Below, one piece after another: positions 1 to 14,409 of a stretch of 64,000 nucleotides of DNA. The translations under genes were made by a program, and so were the position numbers. The stretch lies in contig OZ024745.1 in assembly GCA_964016885.1 (NCBI GenBank), positions 11,780,001 to 11,844,000 on the forward strand, written 5' to 3'. Position 1 is the first letter of the stretch, and the number at the start of each line of letters is the position of its first letter. The stretch comes from Eledone cirrhosa (lineage: Eukaryota). The notes beneath the pieces were generated by a model that saw nothing but the letters and a program-made list of their open reading frames with translations, did no database searches and was not told where the DNA came from.

Positions 1-1901
1 CACATGTGTGTGTTATGTACACATGTGTGTGTTATGTACACATGTGTGTGTTATATACACATGTGTGTGTTATATACACATGTGTGTGTTATATACACAT
101 GGTGTGTTATGTACACATGTGTGTGTTATATACACATGTGTGTGTTATGTACACATGTGTGTGTTATATACACATGTGTGTGTTATATACACATGTGTGT
201 GTTATATACACATGTGTGTGTTATATACACATGTGTGTGTTATATACACATGTGTGTGTTATATACACATGTGTGTGTTATATACACATGTGTGTGTTAT
301 ATACACATGTGTGTGTTATGTACACATGTGTGTGTTATATACACATGTGTGTGTTATATACACATGTGTGTGTTATATACACATGTGTGTGTTATATACA
401 CATGTGTGTGTTATATACACATGTGTGTGTTATATACACATGTGTGTCTTATGTACACATGTGTGTGTTATGTACACATGTGTGTGTTATATACACATGT
501 GTGTGTTATATACACATGTGTGTGTTATATACACATGTGTGTGTTATGTACACATGTGTGTGTTATATACACATGTGTGTGTTATGTACACATGTGTGTG
601 TTATATACACATGTGTGTGTTATGTACACATGTGTGTGTTATATACACATGTGTGTGTTATATACACATGTGTGTGTTATGTACACATGTGTGTGTTATG
701 TACACATGTGTGTGTTATGTACACATGTGTGTGTTATATACACATGTGTGTGTTATATACACATGTGTGTGTTATGTACACATGTGTGTGTTATGTACAC
801 ATGTGTGTGTTATATACACATGTGTGTGTTATATACACATGTGTGTGTTATGTACACATGTGTGTGTTATATACACATGTGTGTGTATATACACATGTGT
901 GTGTTATGTACACATGTGTGTGTTATATACACATGTGTGTGTTATATACACATGTGTGTGTTATATACACATGTGTGTGTTATATACACATGTGTGTGTT
1001 ATATACACATGTGTGTGTTATATACACATGTGTGTGTTATATACACATGTGTGTGTTATATACACATGTGTGTGTTATATACACATGTGTGTGTTATATA
1101 CACATGTGTGTGTTATGTACACATGTGTGTGTTATATACACATGTGTGTGTTATATACACATGTGTGTGTTATGTACACATGTGTGTGTTATGTACACAT
1201 GTGTGTGTTGTGTACACATGTGTGTGTTATATACACATGTGTGTGTTATGTACACATGTGTGTGTTATATACACATGTGTGTGTTATATACACAGTGTGT
1301 GTTATGTACACATGTGTGTGTTATATACACATGTGTGGGTTATATACACATGTGTGTGTTATATACACATGTGTGTGTTATATACACATGTGTGTGTTAT
1401 ATACACATGTGTGTGTTATGTACACATGTGTGTGTTATATACACATGTGTGTGTTATATACACATGTGTGTGTTATGTACACATGTGTGTGTTATATACA
1501 CATGTGTGTGTTATATACACATGTGTGTGTTATATACACATGTGTGTGTTATGATACACATGTGTGTGTTATATACACATGTGTGTGTTATGTACACATG
1601 TGTGTGTTATATACACATGTGTGTGTTATGTACACATGTGTGTGTTATATACACATGTGTGTGTTATGTACACATGTGTGTGTTATATACACATGTGTGT
1701 GTTATATACACATGTGTGTGTTATGTACACATGTGTGTTATATACACATGTGTGTGTTATGTACACATGTGTGTGTTATATACACATGTGTGTGTTAATG
1801 TACACATGTGTGTGTTATATACACATGTGTGTGTTATATACCACATGTGTGTGTTATGTACACATGTGAAGTGTTATGTACATGTGTGTGTATACACATG
1901 T
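1..1901. repeat. 19-bp minisatellite (CACATGTGTGTGTTATRTA)n, about 100 units, truncated by the window start and the gap
   Basis: Direct 19-bp periodicity with one main variable site (TTATATA/TTATGTA). Each unit junction gives the palindrome ACACATGTGT. The long ORFs here are repeat artefacts. Confidence 0.97.
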
Positions 1902-2101
1902 NNNNNNNNNNNNNNNNNNNNNNNNNNNNNNNNNNNNNNNNNNNNNNNNNNNNNNNNNNNNNNNNNNNNNNNNNNNNNNNNNNNNNNNNNNNNNNNNNNN
2001 NNNNNNNNNNNNNNNNNNNNNNNNNNNNNNNNNNNNNNNNNNNNNNNNNNNNNNNNNNNNNNNNNNNNNNNNNNNNNNNNNNNNNNNNNNNNNNNNNNNN
2101 N
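1902..2101. other. Assembly gap (200 N)
   Basis: Run of N. The round length suggests a placeholder of unknown true size. Confidence 0.99.
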
Positions 2102-3402
2102 GAGAGCATGATGATGATCATCATCATCACCATATATCAATATATACATGTCCTCAATACCAATTACTATAATGATAGTCTACTCTTCTTATGAAGAAGA
2201 TCTATGTGTCTACAAGTCACAGATTGTATGTGTGTGTGTCAAGTTTGTATTTCATTTAAATATATGCTTTACTACGTATCTATTTCACTATCACTAGAAA
2301 TGTATTTTCTGTGAATGCAATAACTTCTCCAACTTATTCTTCATTTTATCTTCTCCACACACCCGAGCTATTTCTATGTCATATACGTCCATTTTGTTTC
2401 TGTCCGGTAGACGAAACAAGCAACTAGTTATCCAGAGGTTACCTATCTTTCACTAATTAAACATTTTCTGTTAAATTCACACCTTTCCAAGAGACTAACA
2501 GCGATTACGGTTATGCAATCTTATCAGACTATAACAAGCAGAAGGGAGTTGAACTCTCACTTTGTTGACTGTATATGGCTTTTACTGCCATTACAAGTTA
2601 TCTACCCCTAGTTTCCTAAGAGCCCACAAGCTGTTAAGGGCTAACTATATTACTATCACTATCCTTTCCAACACTATTCATCTCAAGGTAACAATATGTC
2701 TGACATGTAACCCATAACATTGTAAAATGAAAAGTTTGAAACAAACAAAAAAAAAAACCCAAAAAGAGAAACTAAAAGAAAACCTTATCATTGGACACAT
2801 CTAAAGGTTTTCAAGACTGGAATATTCCCTTGCGGCCACTTCAGGGGGAAAGTGAGGGTAGAGAGGGGGGTGCTGTTTTCTAGGGTGTTTCATGAAATAT
2901 GGGTGAGAGAGACAAGATTGAAGAAGTTGGATGGACCTACTCTGATTAAACTCTTCTAAGAAGGAGGAAAGAAACCGGGAGAGGGCACGTTCTATACCCT
3001 TAAGGTAACAAAGTAATCTATGTGCCTTCATTAGTCGATATAACTGACTAAAAATACTTGAAACATGGTGCTCCAGCCTGACCGCATTCTAATATTTCAA
3101 ACCAGTAAAACATTAATAGAGTATAATAATAGTAATTTCTTTTATATTTTAATAATGGTTTTCCCCGTTGTTTTCTTTTGTTCACAACAATAATAATAAT
3201 CTCTTTAAGACCAATAATATATAATCGTTTTGTTGGAACTGGGAATTGCTTTTTCAATCTAATAAAATTAAATATTTCCTGAAATCGCCATATTACCTTC
3301 TAAACAAAATTGTGTTTTGTCAAGCATAATTCTTTTGTTTTTTAATCAAATAAGATAAAAGCTGAAAATAAGTTAAGAGATAATGTCTTTATAGAGGACG
3401 GG

Positions 3403-3643
<241 letters not shown>

Positions 3644-3659
3644 AGCAAAGTATTTTTAT

Positions 3660-3814
3660 TCAGTGAAATAGCGTGGCTTAGATGTTCAGTTCACTATCGT
3701 AAGGACGTGAGTTCGATTCCCCGACTAGGTGATGTTTTTCTTGAAAATGACGCTTCATTTGCTGCAAGTCCACTCGGCTGACAAAAATGAGTTGTACCTA
3801 TAATTGAAGGGACC

Positions 3815-3816
<2 letters not shown>
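3660..3816 (+). mobile_element. tRNA-derived SINE, family A, degenerate copy
   Basis: A-box-like TAGCGTGGCTTAG and B-box GTTCGATTCC. The body TTCTTGAAAATGACGCTTCATTT...AGTCCACTCGGCTG...AAATGAG matches the copy at 8158-8298. Confidence 0.7.
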
Positions 3817-4496
<680 letters not shown>

Positions 4497-5650
4497 ACTT
4501 GCAGCATAACCCGGCGTTGCACGGGGTAGGAAATATGAAATAGCAACACGCATATGCAAGGATTGAGGAATGTAGCTGTGTACTTTTTGAATTCCCTTAT
4601 TCTCAGGGAATGATTGTTCATCTACTGGAAACGTAGAATACCAGCAGGCCGAATCCAGTAGTAGCGGTGTCAGGGGGCTGATTGCGGAAATCCTGTATGC
4701 GAAAGGAGTAAGTCTTGTGTGGGGGATGTATGTCGTAAGTCTGTTCACGAATTACGTCACAGATGGGGAACACACGTCAGTCTGAAGTAGTCAATTGTGT
4801 GAAAACCAAGTAGGGATGTACGTTTAAGTAGGGATATTGAGATGACGAAATCAGCGTGGCAACGCAGCTGCAGCAGAAGGGGTCATAGTGCAATTAGTAC
4901 AAACGCTGGGCGGCACTGGTTGCACTGCGTTTACACAGCAACAAAGGTGCGACAAAAGGGGTCACCGCGGAATTAGCACAACCGCTGTTCGGCGTACTTG
5001 CGCAGGGCGTTCATACTGCGGTGTAGGTGCAACAAAAGGGGTCTTAGTAGAAATAGCACAGACGTGAGTTTTACGGTGTCTGTAACACGGCAACGTACAC
5101 AGGGCCCGGATTTGCGCGTAATGAAAGCACGACACGTTAAGAGGGCGCCGACAAAAATTTTAAGGTCCTCCTCATTTCCTCAATCCCCCGAAAATGGTCC
5201 TGCTTAAAAGTAAGTGTTGTGTCCTCTGTTAAATAAACCAAATTTTTAACGAAATATTATACGCTACTTACGATGTTTAAGTAGCGTTTATATTGAAAAT
5301 GAAAAAGCCATGTAATGCCCAATTCTAATTCGTAAATTTCCTAGAAACCATTAATGGAATCGGAAATTGATTTTGTCCACAGCAATGCAAGGGGACTAAC
5401 TAATGTGTGCTGCAAATTTCGAGGAAATCGGCTGGGTTATCTTTAAGTTACGCCGCATAAGAGCCTAAAAATGCCTTTAAAAATGCGGTTTTTCACCTAA
5501 TGTAGAAAAAGTAAAAGTGTTTTTAGCCCATTGCACTTCAAAATATATAAGTAACACATGTGTAAAGTTTGAAAAAAATCAGTCAAGTACTTCTCGAGTT
5601 TTAGGGATTTACATATACAGACAGACATCCTCTGTTTTATATATAGAGAG
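4497..5650 (-). mobile_element. Non-autonomous Helitron-like element
   Basis: On the minus strand it starts TCTATATATAAAACAGAGGATGTCTGTCTG and ends with a GC-rich hairpin (plus strand ACCCGGCGTTGCACGGGG, about 4509-4526) roughly 10 nt before CAAGT, a variant of CTAG-T. It contains degenerate 80-bp repeats and no RepHel ORF. Confidence 0.7.
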
Positions 5651-5686
5651 ACTAGCAGAAAACCACACGGGGCGGTTTTCTGCTAG

Positions 5687-5880
5687 TCTATATATCTAAA
5701 ACAAAGAATGTCTGTCTGTCTGTCAGCTCACTAAAACTTGAGAACCATCCAACCGATTGTTTTCAAACTTTAGACATGTAATACTTATGGTCCTGTGAGT
5801 GTTTTGAGCAAAAATTATTTCAAATTTTCAATGCCCTAGAGACCGCATTAGGCGATTTAGCGTTCTCTCTATATAATTCT
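5687..5880 (+). mobile_element. Helitron-like element, 5' portion, inverted relative to its neighbour
   Basis: Starts TCTATATATCTAAAACAAAGAATGTCTGTCTGTCTG...CTAAAACTTGAGAA...TTTTCAAACTTTAGACATGT, similar to the reverse complement of 5545-5650. The right boundary is approximate. Confidence 0.62.
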
Positions 5881-5899
5881 TAGTCTTTCTTTTTAGATA

Positions 5900-6202
5900 G
5901 ATACATAGATATAACGTTGCGCCCTTATAATATCTGTCTGTATGTCTGCTGTCTGCATTACGTCATTATGACGCGCTCAGCGCGATTCCCTCGGCCTCAG
6001 TGACCAAAGTCAGTGGAGAGGGGAAGGTAATGTTTCTGTAGCACGCGTTTTAGCGTCTATTCACTCTCTCTCTCTCTCCCTCTCTCCCTCCCGCTATCCC
6101 CTCTCGTAGTCTGTCTCTTTCTTTCACTCTCACTCTCTCTCTACGCACGTGTTTCCACTGTCGGACAGACAGAGAAATTGCTGGTTATATATATAAGTAG
6201 AT
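5900..6202 (-). mobile_element. Probable third Helitron-like 5' fragment
   Basis: Minus strand begins TCTACTTATATATATAACCAGCAATTTCTCTGTCTGTCCG, the same TC start, AT run and (CTGT)n layout. The left boundary is uncertain. Confidence 0.4.
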
Positions 6203-6595
6203 ATATATATCATTGGCAACTCCAGCCCTCGGTTTGGCGTGGCTGGACCTGAGGAACCTAACTGTCAAATCTATTTCATGCCTCCAAGGGATATCTCAGA
6301 ACATAATCATTTTTCGACTTGAGATATTTCCTCTGATTCACCATTGTGACACATGCTCACAAATTCTCGCCCGAACTATTAAAAATAATAATCCGATTGT
6401 TTATAATTCACCATTCTTCACAGAAAGCTTTTTCTCAGTTTTATAATATGAATAAAATTAAATCTATCGAGGTCGGGCTGCAAATAGTTTGGTCGATTAA
6501 AACAACAATTCTAATCAAAAGTAACCGCGATAGAAAATGATTAGTTTTGGGCATTTGTTTATAACTTTCATCTTTCGCCGTCAAACGAGTTACTT

Positions 6596-6711
6596 TGAGT
6601 TCAATTCCCGCCGAGGTTAACTTTGCCTTTCATCCTTACGCGGTCGATAAAATAAAGTACCAGTTATACACTGGATAATTGCTGGCCTTATGCCAAATGT
6701 AGAAACAATTA
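6596..6711 (+). mobile_element. SINE family B copy
   Basis: GAGTTCAATTCCCGCCGAGGTTAACTTTGCCTTTCATCCTT...GGTCGATAAAATAAAGTACCAG...AATTGCTGGCCTT...AGAAACAATT, with many related copies in this window. Confidence 0.85.
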
Positions 6712-7976
6712 TATGTATATTGTAGGTATGTGTTTCTTGAGTGTATATAAGTATATGTGTATTTATTTGAGTGTATATATGTATATTGTGTATTTATTTG
6801 AGTGTATATATGTATATTGTGTATTTATTTGAGTGTATATATGTATATTGTGTATATATTGTGTGTATATATGTATATTGTGTATTTATTTGGGTGTATA
6901 TATATGTATATTGTGTATATATTTGAGTGTATATATGTATATTGTGTATTTATTTGAGTGTATATATATGTATATTGTGTATATATTTGAGTGTATATAT
7001 GTATATTGTGTATATATTTGAGTGTATATATCTATATTGTGTATTTATTTGAGTGTATATATGTATATTGTATATATTTGAGTGTATATATGTATATTGT
7101 ATATATTTGAGTGTATATATGTATATTGTGTATATATTTGAGTGTATATATGTATATTGTGTATTTGAGTGTATATATGTATATTGTGTATATATTTGAG
7201 TGTATATATGTATATTGTGTATATATTGTGTGTATATATGTATATTGTGCATATATTGTGTGTATATATGTATATTGTGCATATATTGTGTGTATATATG
7301 TATATTGTGTATATATTGTGTGTATATATGTATATTGTGTATATATTGTGTGTATATATGTATATTGTGTATTTGAGTGTATATATGTATATTGTGTATA
7401 TATTTGAGTGTATATATGTATATTGTGTATATATTTGAGTGTATATATCTATATTGTGTATTTATTTGAGTGTATATATGTATATTGTATATATTTGAGT
7501 GTATATATGTATATTGTATATATTTGAGTGTATATATGTATATTGTGTATATATTTGATTGTATATATGTATATTGTGTATTTGAGTGTATATATGTATA
7601 TTGTGCATATATTGTGTGTATATATGTATATTGTGCATATATTGTGTGTATATATGTATATTGTGTATATATTGTGTGTATATATGTATATTGTGTATAT
7701 ATTGTGTGTATATATGTATATTGTGTATTTGAGTGTATATATGTATATTGTGTATATATTGTGTGTATATATGTATATTGTGTATATATTGTGTGTATAT
7801 ATGTATATTGTGTATATATTGTGTGTATATATGTATATTGTGTATTTATTGTGTGTATATATGTATATTGTGTATATATTGTGTGTATATATGTATATTG
7901 TGCATATATTGTGTGTATATATGTATATTGTGTATATATTGTGTGTATATATGTATATTGTGTATTTATTGTGTGT
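6712..7976. repeat. AT-rich 24-30-bp minisatellite (TGTGTATATATGTATATTGTGTATATAT and GAGTG variants)
   Basis: Direct periodicity. An internal block duplication of about 417 bp is marked by the rare TATCTAT variant at about 7032 and 7449. Confidence 0.93.
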
Positions 7977-8157
7977 AATGAGTGAAACGAACACACTTTG
8001 GTTCGTTTAATAACTTGACTAAGAAATGTCCATTGCAACTGTTAAGAATAAACTAATTATTTAAAATGGTTTCTAATTCCTTAATTTTCGAAGAATGTTG
8101 CTTTGATACAACAACAACTACTACTACAACTACTAGTACTACTAGTACTACTGTGAA

Positions 8158-8298
8158 GGCGCATGGCTGAGTGGTTAGAGCATTGGACTTGCAATCAAAA
8201 GGTTGTGAGTTCAATTCTTGGACCGGGTGATGTGTTGTTTCCTTGAGCAAGACACTTTATTTCAAGTTGCTCCAGTTTACTCAGCTGTAGAAATGAGA
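8158..8298 (+). mobile_element. tRNA-derived SINE, family A
   Basis: Head GGCGCATGGCTGAGTGGTTAGAG (A box) and GAGTTCAATTC (B box), followed by TCCTTGAGCAAGACACTTTATTTC, which resembles conserved SINE central domains. Flanked by (ACA)n and (CTA)n. Confidence 0.85.
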
Positions 8299-8726
8299 TG
8301 ATAGGACTGGGGTCCCTATCATTAAATCACCCAAGACATCTCCAACGAGGCCAGCTAAACCTCCGTATGTGTGAGCTGTAACAACAACAACAACTACTAC
8401 TACTACTACTACTACCACTATTACTACTACTACTATCAGTAATAAGGTCTCTAACATTAATACATTAAAGCCAAACAGCGACCATTAAAGTTAGGACAAC
8501 ACTTTCTAGAAGCCATAATTTCAATATATTCTCTACTTTATGTACTGCGTTCAAATTACGCCAGGATCGATTTAATCTATCATCCTTCCAATAAAACCAA
8601 TAACCAATCAAATATTGGTATCGATTTAATCGGCAGAACGTTTTCTCTGCCAAATGTTGTGATGTTAGCAAATATTTGCTATACTTTGTTGAACTTACAT
8701 CTCGTATTTTCATTATTTGTCTTTTA

Positions 8727-8932
8727 GGTCGGTGGATTGGCAGAATCGGTAGAGCGACGGACACTATGCTTTACAGCATAGAGTTACGGCCCTTTATGAT
8801 CTGATTTCTAATCCCGGCGAGGTTAACTTTGCCTTTCATCCTTATGGGGTTGATAAAATAAAGTACCAGTCATGCACTGGGGTCGATTTAATTGACTTTC
8901 CTCTCCCCCAAAATTGCTGGCATTGTGCTTAT
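8727..8932 (+). mobile_element. SINE family B, near full length
   Basis: GGTGGATTGGCAGAATCGGTAGAGCG head, GCCTTTCATCC core and AAATTGCTGG tail. Confidence 0.87.
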
Positions 8933-8941
8933 TTGTCTTTT

Positions 8942-9164
8942 AGGTTGGTGGATTGGCAGAATCGGGAGAGCGTCGGACACTATGCCTCGTAGCATAGAAT
9001 TATATCCCTTTACATTCTGAGTTCAAATCCCGTCGACAGTAGTTTTGCCTTTCATCCTTACGGGGTCGATAATATAAAGTACCAGTCACACACTGATGTC
9101 GATTTAATCGACTTTTCTCCTCCCCTTCAAATTGGTGGCCTTGTGCCAAAAGTAGAAACAATTA
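8942..9164 (+). mobile_element. SINE family B, near full length, head-to-tail with the previous copy
   Basis: Same head, core and tail. Both copies are preceded by TTATTTGTCTTTTAGGT. Confidence 0.87.
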
Positions 9165-10629
9165 TTTGCCTGCAATCCTTTCTTTTTATTATTATCGAGG
9201 CTGTAATTATATTTCTGCTCTGATATTTTGAATGAGTCAGCAGCAAAACTGAAGGGAAATGGAAATATATTTAATATAAATTTTATCTCAAAAAACTAAA
9301 TTTGTCGATTAAACAAAGGATCTGTTGCCACAGAGGCGTCCATTTGTTGGAAATCTTCTAAAATTTGCGAAAGCGAAAGTATTTAGATTATATATTTATT
9401 TAGCCTGTCATTTATTTATTTATTTTCTTTTAATTCGTTATTGATTACGTAATTGCACTCTAGGATGAGATTTAGGAGCTACGTCTAATTATATAATTAT
9501 CTTTAGTTGGTTGGATGGATGGTTGCTTGGGTGGTTGGATGGTTGGATGGTTGGGTGGCTGCAGGGTTGACGGACTGCAAAGATGGATGAATCATTTATT
9601 TGTTGTTTCTATTCATTCATCTAGTCCACCTCTCTCTCTTCTATATCTTCCAAACACCTCCAACTCTCGTCATCGCCATTTCTCGCTCACAATACACGCA
9701 AACACTCCTAAACACATACACATACTCACAAACACATACACAACACACACATATATGTATATATATATATATATATATATCATCATCATCATCGTTTAAC
9801 GTCCATCTTCCACACTAGCATTCCTATACATACATATATTTATATAAATGCTTATATATGTATACGACACACACACACACATACACACACACACACACAC
9901 ACGCTATTTCTGGTTCCTTACCACAATTCCTTTGTTTTAATTTATAGATAGATTCACTCTACTTTATGTATTAAGTAATTTGCATAAATTGTGTTTTGCA
10001 AATGTTTTAATCAGGAACACACACACACACGCACACACACACACAAGACTTTAGGAATATGTACAAATCGACTTTAAACGAACTTCCGCTGTAACTGCAG
10101 AAGAAAATACAATTTGCCAGTGCGTCATGTGATGTGTGACGTCACCGGTGTTGGCCTGAAAAGTAATACTAAAAAGATATCCGCTTGTGGAAAACCTACT
10201 AATTCTCTGTTTGTTACCCCTGTAGGGTTGTCTATAGTGTGGAGGGTTTTAGTTAAACATAAATATCACTGTTTTGATGGTCTCTATCATAGACAGGCAG
10301 TGATTTATATATATAGGATTCCGATGATTTGATCAGAGACACACACTGTGTTTAAGGTCGAGTGACGCAACTTCGAGTGATTAGCGGCCTTTAGACTCAC
10401 CTGATCAATGAAACAATTGTTAATACTGTAAATAAAACCCCTTTTGTACAGCCGACGATGTTATTCTTCACACTTTAACTACTATTACTCCAAGAATGAC
10501 CTACATGGGAATTCTTGCAATCTCGCTACCTAACTAAGGAAACCTCTTGTTGTGTCAAACAACGCCGTACGTTAAAACTATCCAAAGTACAGGGTAACTG
10601 GATTACCTAAAACGATAACTTGTTATCCC

Positions 10630-10739
<110 letters not shown>

Positions 10740-11038
10740 CAAACAGATAGATTCGTTAGTATATAACAGTCTACTTCATTACATCATTCGTTCCTGTATG
10801 TTGTCATTCTTACCCAAACTGGTTTTCTTTTTACCCCTCGTATTCTCCGAGGTCTCCTCTCCATTTCAACAGTCTACCCGACTCTGTCACTCTTCTGCTT
10901 CTTCTCATCCGTTATCTCTTCTACCTGACTATCCTTCTCACCTGTTTGTGAAGAACATTGAGTATCAATTCAAAGATAGTTGGCCTTCCGCCTAAATTAG
11001 AAACCAATATTGTTACACTCACAAACACCACATTATTT

Positions 11039-11305
11039 CCTGAGTTCAAATCTCGCCGATCCCAACTTCATCTTTCATCCTTCCTGGCTGGATAGAATTA
11101 AGTGCCGCTGATATATTAGGGTTGATATAATCGACTTTCCCTTTACCAAAATCGTTGGCCTAGTGTCTAATTTAAAAATTAATATGTTTACACTCACATG
11201 CAGAATAGGGTCCTTTTTGTTCTGAATTCAAATCCAGTCGAAGTTAGCTTTGCTTTTCATATTTCTGAAGTAGATAAAATAAAGTACCAGTAATGTACTA
11301 GGGAT
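11039..11305 (+). mobile_element. Two degenerate SINE family B copies (about 11039-11180 and 11220-11305)
   Basis: CTGAGTTCAAATCTCGCCGA...TCTTTCATCCTT and CTGAATTCAAATCCAGTCGA...GATAAAATAAAGTACCAGT. Confidence 0.7.
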
Positions 11306-11605
11306 GATTTCCTAAAACCTTATCTAATCACCTGTAGTCCTCCCCTCATATAGTCAACTATAGAAGGGATATTTATTTAATCAGTTAGTATTCACTCAAT
11401 ATATTCCTTCACCTGTTTATATATTTCACTTCCTTAATTATATTCTACCAAACATAATAGAAATTTGATTGCAACCACAACAAACTGTTTCTTTCTTTCT
11501 TTCTTTCTTTCTTTTTTTCTTTCTTTCGCCTTTCCATAGAAACATTAAATATATTATTTCTGTACTGAAGAAACCGATGTTTCAATTATATGGATGACTC
11601 AGCAT

Positions 11606-12675
<1,070 letters not shown>

Positions 12676-12742
12676 GAAGAATGAAACGAAATTTCATTTC
12701 TCACTCTTAGTACGGCTGATACCTCTACATACTTATATATAT

Positions 12743-12895
12743 ATATTTATTAAAATAACAGATTAAAGTTTAAGCAAAGAATCGCTGCTTTCACCCTTAA
12801 CGGGATCTGCTGAAACTCTGAGTTTCAGAAGATCCCGTTAAGGGTGAAAGCACCGATTCTTTGCTTAAACATTAATCTGTTATTTTAATAAATAT
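12743..12895. repeat. Near-perfect palindrome, 76-bp arms, 1-nt centre
   Basis: Centre CTGAAACTC-T-GAGTTTCAG at 12819. Three arm mismatches by manual comparison. Confidence 0.93.
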
Positions 12896-13213
12896 TTGCT
12901 CTACGGTTCTTATATATTTGATATATCGAGCCCTCGGATTTTAGTCTTCAAATTTATTATTATTACTGTATATATATATATATATATAAATATACACGGG
13001 TGTGTATGATTGTGTATAGAAGATTATATTAATAAAAGGAATTCCAACTTTGTCTGATTTACTCGTTTTATTTACAATCCTTTAAAATGATATTATAATG
13101 AAATAGTATGGTAGAATATTAAATGTTAAATGTTAATTGAACAAGTACGTTCATGCTTTCGTAATCTTCAGGTTTATATTCAGTGGTGATAGTCAAGTTT
13201 GCAATTATATATC

Positions 13214-13682
13214 TATTGTTATACTTGGAGAGGGTCATATTGTTGTAATAATATTGCCAGAAATAATAGCAGAATACACTCACTGTTTGGTTGGTTTTCA
13301 CTTATGTATCTTTTATATCCCCATAGTTAATTTATTCGGCCATCGATGTTTATCATCGACTGACCAACGGTAAAAAATACAGATATAAATACATATATTT
13401 AGTCTAACAAAGTTCTTTCGTTGCACATCTGCAACATTATTAGTGGTACTATTATATTTCTTCCAAATTGCGTAGACATACAATACTTTGTTAGGCTATA
13501 TATATATTTATATCTGTATTTTTGACCGTTGGTGAGTCAGTGATAAACATTGATGGTCGAATGAATTAACTATGGAGTTATAAAAGATACAGAAGCGAAA
13601 ACCAACCAAATAATGAGTGTGTTCCGTTATTATTTCTGGCAATATTATTACAACAATATGACTCCCCCCGAGTATAACAATA
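13214..13682. mobile_element. Foldback or MITE-like element with diverged inverted arms of about 200 bp
   Basis: 13214-13413 is the approximate reverse complement of 13485-13682, for example TCATATTGTTGTAATAATATTGCCAGAAATAAT versus ATTATTTCTGGCAATATTATTACAACAATATGA. Spacer about 70 bp, with TA at both ends. Confidence 0.75.
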
Positions 13683-14097
13683 TTTGTTTCGACACACGAT
13701 TGTTGCCAATATTGCTAATGTAACACACATTTTGTGACCTCCTCAATCACTATTTGTTTTGCTCTGTGACTCATTTTCTTTCTGGTCTTATTTTGTTTAC
13801 TGCATCTTCTGTTTCTCTGGTACGTTTCTCTGTCTGCGCCTGCGCCAGTGTGTCCGTGTGTGTGTGTGTGTATGTGTGTGTATGTGTGTGTATGTGTGTG
13901 TATGTGTGTGTATGTGTGTGTGTATGTGTGCGCGTGTGTGTGTGTGTAAGTGTATGTGTGTGTGTCTGTTTGTCTTTGGTCTGTGTATTGTGTCTTGCGT
14001 GACTAAGTTTGTATCTCTATTTCTCTGTCTTCCTATGTCTGTTTCTCTTATGAGTCCAACTTTGTATTATAAGCGTGGCCTCCTTAATTTGTCTGTG

Positions 14098-14409
14098 TTT
14101 TATGTCTGGTTATTATTTTATGTGGTTATTATTTTAGGTGGTTATTATTTCATGTGTGGTTATTATTTTATGTGGTTATTATTTTAGGTGGTTATTATTT
14201 CATGTGTGGTTATTATTTTATGTGGTTATTATTTTATGTCTGGTTATTATTTTATCTGGTTATTATTTCGTGTGGTTATTATTTCATGTGTGGTTATTAT
14301 TTCGTGTGGTTATTATTTCATGTGTGGTTATTATTTCGTGTGGTTATTATTTTATGTCTGGTTATTATTTCATGTGTGGTTATTATTTTATGTCTGGTTA
14401 TTATTTTAT
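14098..14409. repeat. 16-18-bp minisatellite (GTGGTTATTATTTYAT[GT])n
   Basis: About 18 units that run directly into a minus-strand SINE core. Confidence 0.92.

Noticed and set aside
4-2194. Cys/His-rich ORFs as zinc-finger or metallothionein proteins
   Set aside because: The same peptide appears in all three frames of a 19-bp repeat, and several ORFs run through the N gap.
2801-3031. 76-aa minus-strand ORF as an exon or LINE reverse-transcriptase remnant
   Set aside because: No recognisable motif or convincing splice pair. It would need a BLASTx or Dfam hit.
8158-8232. tRNA gene
   Set aside because: A and B boxes are present, but no convincing acceptor stem is seen and the sequence continues into a SINE body shared with 3660-3816.
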